From Felis catus (taxonomy: Eukaryota): a DNA stretch of 64,000 nt. The position numbers and the translations under genes were made by a program. This document shows positions 39,336-52,823 of the stretch, piece by piece. The first letter of the stretch is position 1; the number at the start of each line of letters is the position of its first letter. The notes below the pieces were generated by a model. It saw only the letters and a program-made list of their open reading frames with translations, had not been told where the DNA came from and did not search any database. The DNA is taken from NCBI RefSeq assembly GCF_018350175.1, contig NC_058368.1, forward strand, positions 51,895,815 through 51,959,814. Reading direction: 5' to 3'.

Positions 39336-39547
39336 GGGGGCACCTGGGTGGCTCAGTTGGTTAAGTGTCCGACTTTGACTCAGGTCAGGATCTCGCAGGT
39401 GATGAGTTTGAGCCCTGCGTGGAGCTGTGTGCCGACAGCTCAGAGCCTGGAGCCTGCTTCACATTCTGTGTCTCCCTCTCTCTCTGCCCCACCCCAGCTC
39501 ATGTTCTCTCTCTGTCCCTCAAAATAAATAAAAACATTTAAAAAATT
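39336..39547 (+). mobile_element. SINE in L1 E
   Basis: TSD aaaaattataacttt / aaaaagtataacttt. Confidence 0.93.
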
Positions 39548-39872
39548 AAAAAGTATAACTTTAAAATTTATAATAATTATAAACATGGGAGAGTAAAGAT
39601 GTAGAACTTTAGAATGCATTTAATCCTAAATTGTTACCAATTTAAAATACACTGTTATAAGTTGTTATATGTAATCCTCATGGTAACCAGAAAGCAAAAA
39701 CCTATAGTAGATACACAGAAAATTAAAAACAATGGCATCTAAGCATGCCACCAGAGAGAATAACTAAATCACAGGATAAAAGAGCGAGAATAAAGGAACA
39801 GAGAAACTATAAAATAGCCAGAAAACAATGAACAAAAATGACAATAGGTATATACTTTTAAAGAACTACTTT

Positions 39873-42800
39873 AGGAGGCGGGATCAAGATAGGAAGATCC
39901 TGAGCTCCTCTCCTGCCATGGACACCCCTACATATAACACAACTATCTCTGATAACAAATCAGAAATTATCCTAACAGATCAGACACAACTAAGGATATA
40001 AAGAAAAAGTCACATCAAGATGGGTGTGAGGGATAGAGATGTGGGTTAGCGAAGATCCCTTTGCTAGCACAACAAAACACAAGTGGAAGGGATAGCAGAA
40101 CCTTCCACGAGGAACAAGGGTCCACGCCCCACATTGGGCTCCACAGACCAGGGGACCTGCACGAGGAAGAGGAGCTCCCATAACATATGGCTCTGAAACT
40201 AACAGGGCTTATAGTTAGGAAGGTTGAAGGACAGTGGGAAACCAAGACCCTGCACTTGAAGGGTACATACGTGATCTCACTCACTGTGATTCCTACCAGA
40301 GGCAACGGCTTGAAAAGACCCCGGGTTACACATGAAGATCCACTGACTAATTTGGGGGCATGTGCTATTTTATTTATTTATTTATTTTATTTTATTTTAT
40401 TTTATTTTATTTTATTTATTTTAGGGGCAGCGATCTGTTAGAATATTCTTTGGGGATGGAAGCACTGGTAAACACCTGTTTTGTCTTCTTCCTCCCCACT
40501 TACCTTCTACCTAGCTGCGCTGAGGTTGGTGGAAGCCATGTCTGACACTCTCCATCTAGTGTGCTAGCACCACTCACCCCACTTGGCATTCCCCTGCAAA
40601 CTCACCCTGCCAAATTGTCCACCCAGCCCAAAGACCAACCTAAGTGGGCCTCTGCCCTGCCACTGCTTCTGGGTCCCCTTGAACAGCACTGGAGCCTACC
40701 TCAAGCAGTCCTCCTCTCCGCCGCACCTGGCAGGGAGCCTCAGATGGCACTGGAGCCCCTCCCAAGCTCTCGTGCCCTGGGCCACCAGCCATATACCCTA
40801 GAATACCTACAGTAGTAACAAGAGGACCTCATGGGAAGCCACACCACAGTTCTTCCCCGCCTACCAGCATGCATGCTGGTGTCACAGCTGGGCCTCACAG
40901 CAATCGAACCAAGAACCAATCTTACACACTAGCATGGCTACAAAAGTCATGACTGGACCTCTCAGCCAAACAGGTTGGGGCCACACATGTTCACCAGAAC
41001 ACTCATAGCAATCATGACCAGAATGAAGGCCCACTAGTCACTCTACACTGATCATGACACAGCCACAACAGGAGGGTGCATGTAGCCCACCCTCAGGGGT
41101 TATTCAGCTCAGACGAGGAAAGATGTTTACACTACTGGGCCTCACAAAATATCTTGGGCATAAAGTCACTCCTTCGAGACTGGGAGATGTAAACGACCTA
41201 CCTAATACATAGAAACAAAGAGTTAAGCAAAATGAGGAGACAGATATGTTCCAAACAAAAGAATAAGACAAAATCTCAGAAATAGAATGAAGTGAAATGT
41301 AGATAAGCAATCTATTTGATAAAGAGTTGAAAGTAATAGTCATAATTATGCTCACCAAACTCAGGAGAAGAATGGATGAACACAGCAAGAACAGCAACCA
41401 ACAGACAAAAAATATAAAAGAGAACCAATGGGAGCTGAAGAATACAATAACTGAAATGAAAAATACAGAAAAAGGGATCAACAGCAGATTAGAGGACACA
41501 GAACAATGAATCAGTGGTTAGGAAGACAGCATAGTAGAAATCACCCAAATCAGAAGAGCAAAAACAAACAAACAAAAAAACAAAAATACAAAAAAAAAAA
41601 AAAAAACCCCACCCCAAAACAAAAACAAAAAACAAAGCAAAAACAAACAAACAAAAAAGAAAATGGTTTAAGGGACAATATCAAGGGTTCCTATAATTCA
41701 CATTGTAGGTGTCCCAGAAGGAGAAGAGGGAGAGAACAAGAACATTTATATGAAAAAATAATGGCTGAAAATTTCCCCAACCTGGTGAAGAAAACAGATA
41801 TCCAAGTCCGGGAAGTACAGAGAATCCCAAAGAAGAGGAATGCAAAGAGACCAACACTCACTATCACCGAAGTGTTAACAGCTAAAGAAAGAATCCTCAT
41901 AGCAGCCAGAGAAAAATAAAGCTTTGCACAAGGGAACAAGCATAAGACCATTAGCTGATCTTCAGCAGACACTTTATAGGCCAGAAGGGAATGCCACAGT
42001 ATACTCACTGTGTTGAAAGAAACAACTTCCAAACGAGAATATTCTATGAGCTAAAGTTATCACTCAGAATTGAAGGAGAGATAAGGAGTTTCTGAGACAA
42101 GCAAAAGCTAAAGGAAATCATCAACAAAACCAGCTTATGAGAAATGTTAAAGGGACTTCTTTGCGTGCAAAAGAAAAGGCCATTTCAAAAAATTAGAAAA
42201 TTATGAAAAAAAAATCACAGTGTTAATGGCAAATGTATGGTAAAGGCAGTGGATCAACAACCTATATAGCTAGTAAGAAAGTTATTCAAACAACCTAACT
42301 TTACAACTCAAGGAATTAAAAAATAAAAGAACAAAAGAAACCCGAAGTTAGTAGAAGGAAGGAAATAACAAACATCAAAGCAGAAATAAATGAAATAGGG
42401 GTGCCTGGGTGGCTCAGTCGGTTGAGCGGCCGACTTCGGCTCAGGTCATGATCTCGCATCCCGTGAGTTCAAGCCCCGCGTCGGGCTCTGTGCTGACAGC
42501 TCAGAGCCCGGAGCCCGTTTCAGATTCTGTGTCTCCCTCTCTCTCTGCCCCTCCCCCATTCATGCTCTGTCTCTCTCTGTCCCAAAAATAAACAAAAACG
42601 CTGAAAAAAAAATTAAAAAAAAATAAAATAAAGAAATAAATGAAATAGAGATTTAAAAGACAATAAAAAAGATCACTGCAACTAAGAGGTGGGTCACTGA
42701 AAAAAATTAAGAAACTCTTAGCTATGTTCACCAAGAAAAAAAAAAAAGAGGATTGAATAAAATCAGAAATAAAAGAGGGCACATTACAATTGCTACTCAA

Positions 42801-44167
42801 AAATGAGAAGGATCATAAGAGACTATCATGAATAATTATCATCAACAAATTAGACTTAGAAGAAATGGATAAATTCCTAGGTATATAAACCTACCAAGAC
42901 TAAAATATAAAAGAAAATTGGAATAGATCAAATACTAGTAAGGAGATTGAATCAGCAATTAAAAACCTCCCAACAAAAAAAGTCCAAGACCAGATAGCTT
43001 CACTGGTCTACCAAATTTTCTACCAAAAATTTAAAGAATTAATATCAGTCCTTCTGAAATTTAAAAAAAAAAAAAAAAAAAAAAAGAATGAAGGAAAGAC
43101 TTCTAAACTCATGTTTTGATATCAGCATTACACTGATGCCCCAAACAGACAAAAGATACCAGAAAAAAAGAATATTATAGATCAATATCCCTGATGAACA
43201 TAGATGCAAAAATTCTCGATAAGATGTTGGCAAACCAAATTCAACAATACTTTAAAAGGATCATGCAATATTGTCAAGTGGGATTTATTCTAGGGATGCA
43301 AAAATGACCACCCTTCACAAATCAATGTGATCCACCACCTTCATAAAATGGTTAAATCGTATGATCATTTCAATAGATGCAGAAAAAGCAGGTGATAAAA
43401 TTCATCACCTGTTAATAAGAACTCTCAACAAAGTGGGTATAGTGGGAACATACCTCAATGTAATAAAGGCCATATATGATAAGCCCATAGGTAAGATCTT
43501 ATTCAATGGTGAAAAGCTGAGAGCTTTTCCTCTAAGATTAGAAACCAGGAAGGATGCCCACTCTCACAACTTTTATTTCAACCTAGTATTGCATGTTCTA
43601 ACCAGAACAATTAGGCAAGAAAAAGAAATAGGTACAAATGGAAGGAAAGAAATAAAACTATTTGCAGATGACATTATATACAGAAAACCCTAAAGATTCC
43701 ACACACACACACACAAAACTATCAGAAGAAATGAATTAAGTTGCTGAATACAAAGTTAATACATAAAAATCTTGTTGCATTTCTATATGCTAATAACAAA
43801 CTACCAGAAAGAGAGATTAAGAAAACAATCTCCTTTACAATAGCATAAAGAAAATGAAAATTTCTAGGAATAAATTTAACCAAGGAAGTAAAAGAACTGT
43901 ATCCTGAAAAAGTAGAATAAAGAAAGAAAATGAAAAAGACACAAATAAATGGAAGATATTACATGCTCATGAATTAGAAGAATTAGTATTGTTAAAATGT
44001 CCATATTACCCAAAACAATCAACAGATTCATTGCAATCCCTATTAAAATACCAACAGTACTTTCCATGAAACTAGAACAAAAATTCTAAAGTTACTATGG
44101 AACCACAAAAGACGCCAAATAGCCAATGCAGTTTTGAGAAAGAACAAAGCTGGAGGCATCATGCTCC
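39873..44167 (+). mobile_element. L1 'F': 5'-intact, EN domain deleted (~42285), 3'-truncated
   Basis: 5' end ggaggcgggatcaagataggaagatcctgagctc similar to L1 A; ORF1 and RT (LFADD) remnants; (TTTTA)n at ~40367-40422. Confidence 0.85.
42398..42631 (+). mobile_element. SINEC_Fc SINE in L1 F
   Basis: Perfect TSD agaaataaatgaaata. Confidence 0.95.
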
Positions 44168-45054
44168 ATGCTCTCCTTTTAACCTAAAATTATGATAAAC
44201 TTACTGTTATAATAAAATACATTTATTGAGTATAAATGAAAAGCCTAGTTATTCCATGTAAATGAATAAATAAGCTGCAATGTTTTATTTTCTTCCTTGG
44301 GGAAATTAAGTTTAAATCACTAATTGATTTTAGATTTTGAAAAGTAAAACGGATTAGTATTACTCTTAGATTTCTGTTCTGAAAAGTAATGATTAAAAGT
44401 TTGAGGCTGAGCAGTGAGGCAGGACACTTTCTCATTTTGTTTAACTTCTCTTCATTAATAATGTTCTCATGAGTATGTTGCAAATAACGTTGAGGAATTG
44501 AGTAACTCGGGCAATTACTTTTTAAGTCTTGGCTGACATAACAACGAAGTCTTTTGGAACCACTAAACATGTAAGAAATTTTTCTCTTGTAATTTCAAAT
44601 TTTATTCATTAAGAATGTTGAAAGCGTTAAAGATGTCCATTTGGTTACCCAAATATTGTTTTTCAATAAAAATATGCATCACAAATCAAGTTCATTTATT
44701 CTACTGTCCCTTATGACAACCAAAACCTGACATGATCCAGTAAGTTGTTATGGTCAGTTCCAATCTCTGAATAAAAAGGGGAGGGGGGCTATTCAGTGGA
44801 ACTCTTTTAATAAAATTAGTATATTTCACTGGCTTTCAATATACTATGACAAGCAGAATTTCTTTAGATGCTGAAGGAATGCTGTGTCTAAGACAGTGAT
44901 TCCCAATGGCACTGTTATTAATGGCTTAGAGCAATTTTTAACACAATCAGAATTTAGTACAGAAGGATCTACTACTGTCGGTTGTAATTCCTTTAAAATT
45001 TCTGTTTAATTAAACTGACCAACTCTACTCTCTTCCAACTCTTATATTTTTTAT

Positions 45055-45310
45055 AAGACTCTTAATATATTTAATATATTTAATTATATTTAAATATATT
45101 TAAATATATAAGTAAAACTCTTAATATATTTAATAAATTAAATAAAAAATTATTATATATTTATTTAATATATAATATATATTTAATTTATTAAATATAT
45201 AAATATATAAAACTTAATATATTTAATAAATTAAATAAAAAATAAATTAAATAAAAAATAAATAAAATATATAAATAAAACTCTTAATATATTTAATAAA
45301 TATATTAAAA
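45055..45310. repeat. AT-rich complex repeat with direct and inverted units
   Basis: Only 7 G/C in 45061-45310; unit aaaactcttaatatatttaataaat recurs about 4 times. Confidence 0.9.
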
Positions 45311-45805
45311 TTCAGCTAAGTGTATAGTTTAAACCACAAAACAAATTCTCACAAAATAATCCTGCCACTTATCTGACATCAACTCAAAGTTTTGCACAGT
45401 AGTGAAAGCATCAAGTTGGTCACAAAACTCTAGACCAGATTGTAACGTTAATTAAAACATTAAGTTTTAATGTTTATTATGCAATAGGACAAATCCATTG
45501 TATTTTGTTACTACTTAAGAGAGATGGATTTTCACATGGTAGCTTATTTAGCATGGAAAGTCAGAGAAAACACATTCATACGTGTCAAAATAATTTTATT
45601 TTGCCAGATGATATTTCTTCCTTTGTTACATGGTAAATATGAGGCTTTCTAATAGTTGTAGAATGGCTAGGAAATAGTCCCAGGAGCTTCGTTATTTTTT
45701 CTTTTCTTAAATAATATTCAAGAGACTTAATAAATTCACATTTTGTGTTTCCAGGTGTCTCATTAATTTTGAAGTGGGTAAGCTTTCAGTTTTAAGACTA
45801 TTTTA

Positions 45806-45856
45806 TATTTTTAAAGTTTCTTTCTTTATTTTGAAAGAGAGTTCGAGTGCAGGAGG

Positions 45857-45896
<40 letters not shown>

Positions 45897-46041
45897 CTCA
45901 TGCAGGTTCCATGCAGTCAGCACACAGAACCCGACATCTGAAGACAACCTGAACTGAGGCTTGAGCCCACGAACCGAACCGTGAGATCATGACCTGAGCC
46001 AAAATTGAGACACTCAATTGACTGAGCCACCCAGGCACCTG
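45806..46041 (-). mobile_element. Carnivore SINE with long (GA)n and a ~20-bp internal insert
   Basis: TSD taagactatttta. Confidence 0.9.
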
Positions 46042-46104
46042 TAAGACTATTTTAAAGATTATAATCCTGATTGGTTATTTTCATGCACAATGAAGCAATA
46101 GGAG

Positions 46105-46628
46105 ATATGAACAAAGAAAGAAACAGACCCCTAAATACAGAGAACAAGCTGGCGATCGCCAGAGGGGAGATGGGTAGGAGAATGGGGGGGTGGGTAGAGA
46201 GGATTAAGAGGCACAAACTTGCACTTAGAAAATAAATCACAGAGGTGAAAAGCACAGCATAAGGAATACAGTCAATAATATTTTTTTTAACGTTTATTTT
46301 TGAGACAGAGAGAGACAGAGCATGAATGGGGGAGGGTCAGAGAGAGAGAGGGAGACACAGAATCGGAAGCAGGCTCCAGGCTCTGAGCCGTCAGCACAGA
46401 GCCCCACGCGGGGCTCAAACTCATGGACGGCGAGATCGTGACCTGAGCTGAAGTCGGATGCTTAACCGACTGTGCCACCCAGGCGCCCCAATAATATTGT
46501 AATAACATTGAATGGTGACAGATGGTGACTGAACTTATGGAGAGCATAGAGTAATGTATAGAATTATTGAACTGCAATGTTGTACACCTGAAACCAATAT
46601 TGTATGTTAATCATATTTCAATAAAAAA
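46105..46628 (+). mobile_element. L1 3'UTR fragment split by a SINE
   Basis: aaatacagagaacaagctgg...gttgtacacctgaaaccaata...A tail. Confidence 0.8.
46283..46489 (-). mobile_element. SINEC_Fc SINE
   Basis: TSD aataatatt. Confidence 0.93.
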
Positions 46629-47000
46629 ACAAACATGCGATAGTATTACAAAATATTCCACTTGTTTTCCTTTTAGGAGACTCACATGAATCAAAATTTA
46701 CTGATTAGTCGGTATTTTCTCATAATACACTATATTTTCAGATCCACCACTTACGCTTGAACTTGGTCATACCTCTGTATTTTACATGCCATTGTTCTTT
46801 TTACCTTCTAACAACAAATTATCTAAAGGGCAATTGGATTATTTAATGACAAAGTTACCTCAAGAACTTAGAACAGGTGATAAGCACCCCATAGTAATAC
46901 TGAAATAACTCAGTGAAAAGTCCACTGACAGGATAAAGTTGTGTTACATTTTGCTTCACAATTATTCATAAAATATAAAATTAAGTTGTGGGATATTAAC

Positions 47001-47532
47001 TGCGTTAGTTTTCCGCTGCTGCATAAAAATTGCCATACACTTAAAGGCCCTAGAACAACACAAGTTTATTACCTTACAGTTTGTGGAGGTCAGAAGTCCA
47101 GGCTGGCGGGGAGTGGGTTTTCTGCTCAGAGTTTCTCAAGGCTGAAGTCAGTGTTTTAATGGTTTGCTTTCCTTTCTGAAGCTCAGCGTCTTCTTGTACC
47201 TTCATTCATGTTGTTGGCTGAATTCACTTCCTGACATTGGTAAGACTTAAGCCCCTGTTCTGCTGGCTGTCAGCCTAGGGTCAGCTTAAAGACCCTCCCT
47301 GGTCATGCGGCTCCCTCTTTGTGCCTCAGATCCTTCTGGAGAGGCCCCGGTTCTTTTAAGGGCTAAGCTAACTTGCTTAGATTTGGCCCACCTGAGTAAT
47401 CTCTCATTGATTAGCCCAAAAGTCAACAGGTTAGTAACCTAACGGTGGGAGTGATACTCCGTGTTCATATAAAGTGTGTGCCTTAGGGGGCGGTAGAGCT
47501 CTGGAGGGCCACCTTAGAATTCTGCCTACCAC
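47001..47532. mobile_element. MLT1E-like MaLR solo LTR
   Basis: tgcgttagttttcc...ttacagtttgtggaggtcagaagtcc...gggccaccttagaattctgcctaccac. Confidence 0.8.
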
Positions 47533-49663
47533 CTGGGTTCCTTATGCTGATGTTCAAATTGACTATTACAGGCCGGAAAATCAAGTGAGTAACTAGTGAG
47601 GAAAAGATCAAATGATCTTCCCTAGCCGAGACACAGATTTATCACATTATTGTGTCAGTTGAACCTTACACCCACCTCTTGCACTTCACAATGACCATTT
47701 CTCAGTGGGCGTGGGTCTTGCTGAGGATCTGTGCAATCCTTTAAAATGTTTTTTACTTATTTTTGTTTTATTTTATAACTTTAAAAAATCTGATAATAAC
47801 TCAAAAAATGGATTTCACAATTTTCAATTTCAAAAATTGTATGATTCATGATTTGAAAAACATGGTCTTAATAGACACATTTAATTTTAATTAGTTTTAA
47901 TTTTAATCTTGAAAGATATATTTATAGAAACACTCAAATGTATTTATGCAAACATAATTACTTATGAATAAAATAATGTGTACTAATTATAGATGTGGAT
48001 GGGTAAACAAATATATAATCTTCAGAAGTTTTCTAATTATGAGATGATTAGCAATACCTCTACAGTCCACACGAGGGCAGCATGTGTTCTAGGTATATTT
48101 TCGGCTTAACTTAAATGTGTTGTTTTCTAGTTGAGCAGGAATTCTAAGCGAATTATTTATAGTGTAGTGGCATAAGCCCTGGACTCACGCTCTGCACCAC
48201 AGGCTCTTGACCTGAACCCTGAGTAGAATCTGGAGGGGAGGAGCCTCATATTCTGAAAGAGATGCCTGGTGGAAAAAACCCCAAACTCCAAGTTTGCTAG
48301 GGCTATGTGCTCCTCGTGTCAACTGTGCTCCAAAACGCATGCTCCTTTTTTTTTTCTTTCTCTTCCTTTTAAACTATCATTATAAAACTCCAAATCCTTC
48401 AAAAAAAAGTTATTGTAACTCTTCAGCATTACATCTGTCCCTTCATACACACTCTCCCGGGTCCCAGAACCTAAAAATGCAACCCCAAACTCTCATTCCA
48501 CCCAGCCACACAGGGGTTGGTTTCCAGGAGCAGCCCAGCCAGACTGAGCCCATATTTCCTTCTTTCTCAGAAGTGACCTGACAAGCACGGTTGTTGAGCC
48601 TAAGCGTCTGAGCAACTGAGAAACCCCTGCATGGAGACTGTCCCATCAGTGCTTGAAGTGGGAATAGCCTACGTTTGGAGGAGAGCCGTTCAGGACCTGC
48701 TATGTGGGGAACATAGAATGGCATGTATTTCCATAGTTAGGATCAACCACTGTATTACAATCCTTGGAAACACAGAATCCCAGAATCAACCATTTTGAAC
48801 CACAGTTGAAGATGTCTTGGAAAAAACCCTCTTATTACTAATAATATTCTGAAAATTGGATAGTTTCTCCTCTGTGAATACAGATGTTCTCCCACTGGTG
48901 ATGGGATAGCAAACCCTTAGAAAATAACAACCATCACAAAGTTACTGAATAAACACGGAGTTGTTTTCCTGCTGTCACAGGTGATCAGTTGATGTAACCC
49001 AACTGAGTTTTTCTGAGTTCAGAGTGGGAAGGTACAGAGGATTGTTTGTTATGGATGTCTATGTCATTAGGACAAAGGATGAGTTGAACATTTCTCCTTG
49101 AAATTTCTTTTAAATTTTGTTTTCCATAACTAGACCTAAAAGGAGGAGAATGATAAAATAAATATCTAAAAAGCAAGGAATATGTATGATATTTGAAAAG
49201 ATCCAAGAACACTCACTGAAGTATTTTTTGTGATAGTAAGGAATAGGAAATAATCTGGATAAGCCCCAGTTGGACTCTGGGTAAAAAAAACCCATGGGAC
49301 ACAGTGGAAGACTATATCGTGGTTAAACTGAATAAGCTAAATTATATGAGATAACATAGAAAAGTCTTGAAAGCATAATCTCATTTCAGGTTTATTTAGA
49401 TACAATTGAGGTACAAGGAAAACATGATTTTGAATGAAGAAAGCAAGTGGCAAAGGACATGTGCAAAATGAGAATATTTATGTAAATGGTAGTATTAAAA
49501 AATTATAAGTTGTATGTATTTATCACACAACTTGAAAATACTTGCAAGGAAGGATAAATCCCCAAATCAGGATATTAATTTTCTGGGGGTGGAAGGGGAA
49601 GGAGGTAGGGGATTGGGATTGTAGCCAAAACTATAATGTCATATTGAAAAAAATAAAATTCTT

Positions 49664-49891
49664 GGGGCACCTGGGTGGCTCAGTCCGTTAAGCCTCCGAC
49701 TTCAGCTCAGGTCATGATCTCGCGGTCAGTGAGTTCAAGCCCCGCGTCGGGCCCTGTGCTGACAGCTCAGAGCCTGGAGCCTGTTTCAGATTCTGTGTCT
49801 CCCTCTCTCTCTGCCCCTCCCCCGTTCATACTCTGTCTCTCTCTGTCTCAAAAATAAATAAACATTTTTTAAAAAAATTTTTTTAAAAAAA
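49664..49891 (+). mobile_element. SINEC_Fc SINE within an old L1M 3' fragment (~49200-50000)
   Basis: TSD gaaaaaa(a)taaaattct. Confidence 0.93.
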
Positions 49892-51014
49892 GAAAAAATA
49901 AAATTCTGAAGCTAACATGGAAAAATGTTAAAATTTATTAAAGTTTTCTGATAGATACACAGAGTTTTTTTGGGGGGGTGGTTTTGAAATATAAAAATCA
50001 AATGAAGGTGACATATGAAAGTAAGCATCTAAAAACAGTCTCAGATAAATAATTGTTGCCAAGAGACTCAGGATATCAGTTCTCAGCCCTTTCAGATAGA
50101 AATTTTTTTTAAACTGTGCCTAACTGATCCTGTCCCTCTTCTTCTTGGGGAAGAATCATGGGGAGAAAGGAGAGACTGCAAGAGAGAGCAGAAATGCAAA
50201 CACACACAAGTCTTTGGCCACCAACAAGGTTTTTATTTCTTCCCAAATAGGCACTCTTTGAAGGGAAGGATAGCCTTTGATCTTCCTGTACCAATCCAGC
50301 ATATCCAGCCAAGTGCAAGGAATACAAAGGCTGCTAAAAATATCAATAACAAAACTTTAGGTTGTTCCTCTGAGCAGCTCAAAGCAGGTTCACACGGATT
50401 CCCTCCTGGCGCTTCACTGGGGTCCTGGGAATCTGATTCAGATCATACTACCAGTGCCACTCTGCCTAATCACAACAGTCTTGTCCTGTTCAATATGGGA
50501 CCAGAAGGGCTTTGTTCTAAGAAAGATGACATGGGAAGTCCTGCCGAGATCGGTTAGTCTGGATTGCGTTTGGCTCATCTCATTACCGGATTGATGAACG
50601 TCGAGAACAATGACAGTATGTTTCTCTGTTGGATTTTATTGAAAGAAACTTGCCTTGGATACTTCTGACTGTGACGAAGCCTCAGCATATTTTCTCTCAG
50701 TGCCTGCCATAAAATTGCTGAGGGTTTTCATGGTTGCTGTCTGTAAGCCGGGGTTTTGAGGGCTCTCGGTGTGAAAGATGTAGTAAGAGCTGCCTCCAGC
50801 TGATTCAGGAAAACTAGAAATCTGTGCTTATCGGGACTATATTAGTCATTCTTTCTGGGCAAGACAAGACATGATAGAGTTTAGCCCTGGCTCCTTAGAG
50901 TTAATTATTTATATCACAGATTAGCTACTAAATTGGAGAGCCAGAGAGCACTAGCATGCGATTTTGATTTGCCATCTCTGCTGAGATATTTCTGCTATTA
51001 TCATCCTAATTTCT

Positions 51015-51234
51015 TTTTTTTTTCAATCTTTTTAACATTTATTCATTTTTGAGAGACAGAGAGACAGAATGTGAGTGAGGGAGGGGAAGAGAGAGAGGGA
51101 GACACAGACTCTGAAGCAGGCTCCAGGCTCAGAGCTGTCAGCACAGAGCCCGCCATGGGGCTAGAACTCAGACCGCGAGATCATGACCTGAGCTGAAGTT
51201 GGATGCCTAACCGACTGAGCCACCCAGGTGCTCC
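51015..51234 (-). mobile_element. Carnivore SINE
   Basis: TSD atcatcctaatttct. Confidence 0.94.
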
Positions 51235-51255
51235 ATCATCCTAATTTCTGATGAC

Positions 51256-51558
51256 TTTTACTTATTGATTGATTGATGGATTGATTGATTTTAGAGAGCA
51301 CGCCTGTGTGCATGTGTGCATGTGCAAATGGGAGGGGGGCAGAGAGCGGGGAACAGAGGACCCAAAGCAGGCTCTGCACTGAAAACACAGAGCCTGATGT
51401 GGGGCTCAGGCTCAGCAGCCATGAGATCATGACCTGGGCCGAAGTCAGACTCTTAACCGACTGAGCCACGGTGGTGCCCATTTTTGTTTTTTTAAGTAAG
51501 CTCCATGGGACTTGAATTCATAGCCTGGATGCTCTACCGACTGAGCCAGCCAGGCACC
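51256..51558 (-). mobile_element. Two tandem older SINEs (51256-51479 full; 51481-51558 internally deleted)
   Basis: Two successive SINE heads (ctgagccacggtggtgccc; ctgagccagccaggcacc). Confidence 0.8.
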
Positions 51559-52353
51559 TTTCTGATAACTATCTTTTGATTCCTAATGAATGGTTTGAGT
51601 TTTGTCAAAGGATAAAGAAAACACCATGAATATCATAATGCAAATTTTACAGCTTCTTTAGGCTGGTGATGTGGTCAGGTGAATATGGGTTCCACTCTAG
51701 ACCCAGCTCCCTAATAAAAAATGATTCTAAAGGATGCAGAGAAATTAAACTCCTCACTCTCCTGTTGATGGCAGGTAACAAATTTTGATGTAGGGAATTT
51801 CCTCTGTGGGGACAGAGTGGTGGCCAAGGAGGAAGAAATGAAGGGTGGAACCCCCGAGCCCTTACTGTGGAAGCATCACATGAGGTTTCTAATCTAAGGG
51901 ATGGGGCCAGGTGGCCTGGTGGGCAGTGATTGGAAAGAAGGAGGTGGAAAAGCTCTACTGTTGCTGCCCATGCCTACAGATGTGACACTCAGTCAGACTC
52001 GACTTTTGATAATTCGTCAAAAAGAAAGAGAAAGTGACTTAGTTTTTGAGCTCTCATTATTTCTAGGCACTTTTCTGAGTACTTAAAAATAAGTTTTAAA
52101 TCCACTTGTCAAACATGTGACTGTATATGACTATGTTAACTTTTAGAGGAGAAAACCAAGCTTGGTTTTCTAAGGTCACATGTCTGCTGAATGGGAGGTG
52201 GGTAGAATTTAAATCGAGTTTTGTACTTGACCTCAAAGCTATGTTTATTCTACTAGTCAACATTTGGACCTTAAAGTGGATTCTAAGGCAAATGAGGGCA
52301 TCCATGTGCACAAACAACACACACATTCACTTACATGCTTTCATTGTGTTTAC

Positions 52354-52612
52354 ACAAGGGATTTCCAAAATGGGGTGCATGTTCCCTGAGAGGTACATAG
52401 GCTGATCAGTTGAGAGTATGGGAAGAAAATATTAGAACTTCCATTTGTATTTTATCTCAGCTTTTTAAAATGACTCCTTTGTATATGTATTGCAGTATAT
52501 ATACTATGTGTATATTACATACATTATTTATATCATATATAATGCATGTGTAGGTATATAATGTGTGAGTGTGCATATATGAGATGTGTGCTCAAAAAAG
52601 TTTGAAGAGTGT
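52354..52612. mobile_element. hAT-Charlie-like MER fragment
   Basis: caagggatttccaaaatggggtgc...ctcaaaaaagtttgaaga termini; recall-based. Confidence 0.5.
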
Positions 52613-52622
52613 TGAGACAGAT

Positions 52623-52823
52623 CAGGGGTTGGGAATTATAGCCTGTGGATCAAATCCAGCCTATCATATGATTTTATCGATGAACTTTTAGTGAAACATA
52701 GCCATGCTTATTTACTTCCATATTGTTTATAGCTGAGCCGAGTTGTTGCATCACAGACCATTTGGCTCACAAAGCCTAAAATATTTCCCGTGTGGCCTTT
52801 TCAGAAATGTTTGCCAACCCCAG
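52623..52823. mobile_element. MER58A-like hAT-Charlie element
   Basis: TIRs caggggttgg...ccaaccccag; body matches recalled MER58A. Confidence 0.8.

Larger units (their letters stand above)
36776..39872 (+). mobile_element. L1 'E': 5'UTR, ORF1 remnant and inter-ORF region, ending at the start of ORF2
   Basis: ORF1-like peptides at 38213-38416 and 38750-39037; interrupted by L1 F. Confidence 0.8.

Noticed and set aside
50220..50830. Possible processed pseudogene or viral insert
   Set aside because: No recognisable protein in the ORF track, and no poly(A) tail with TSD.
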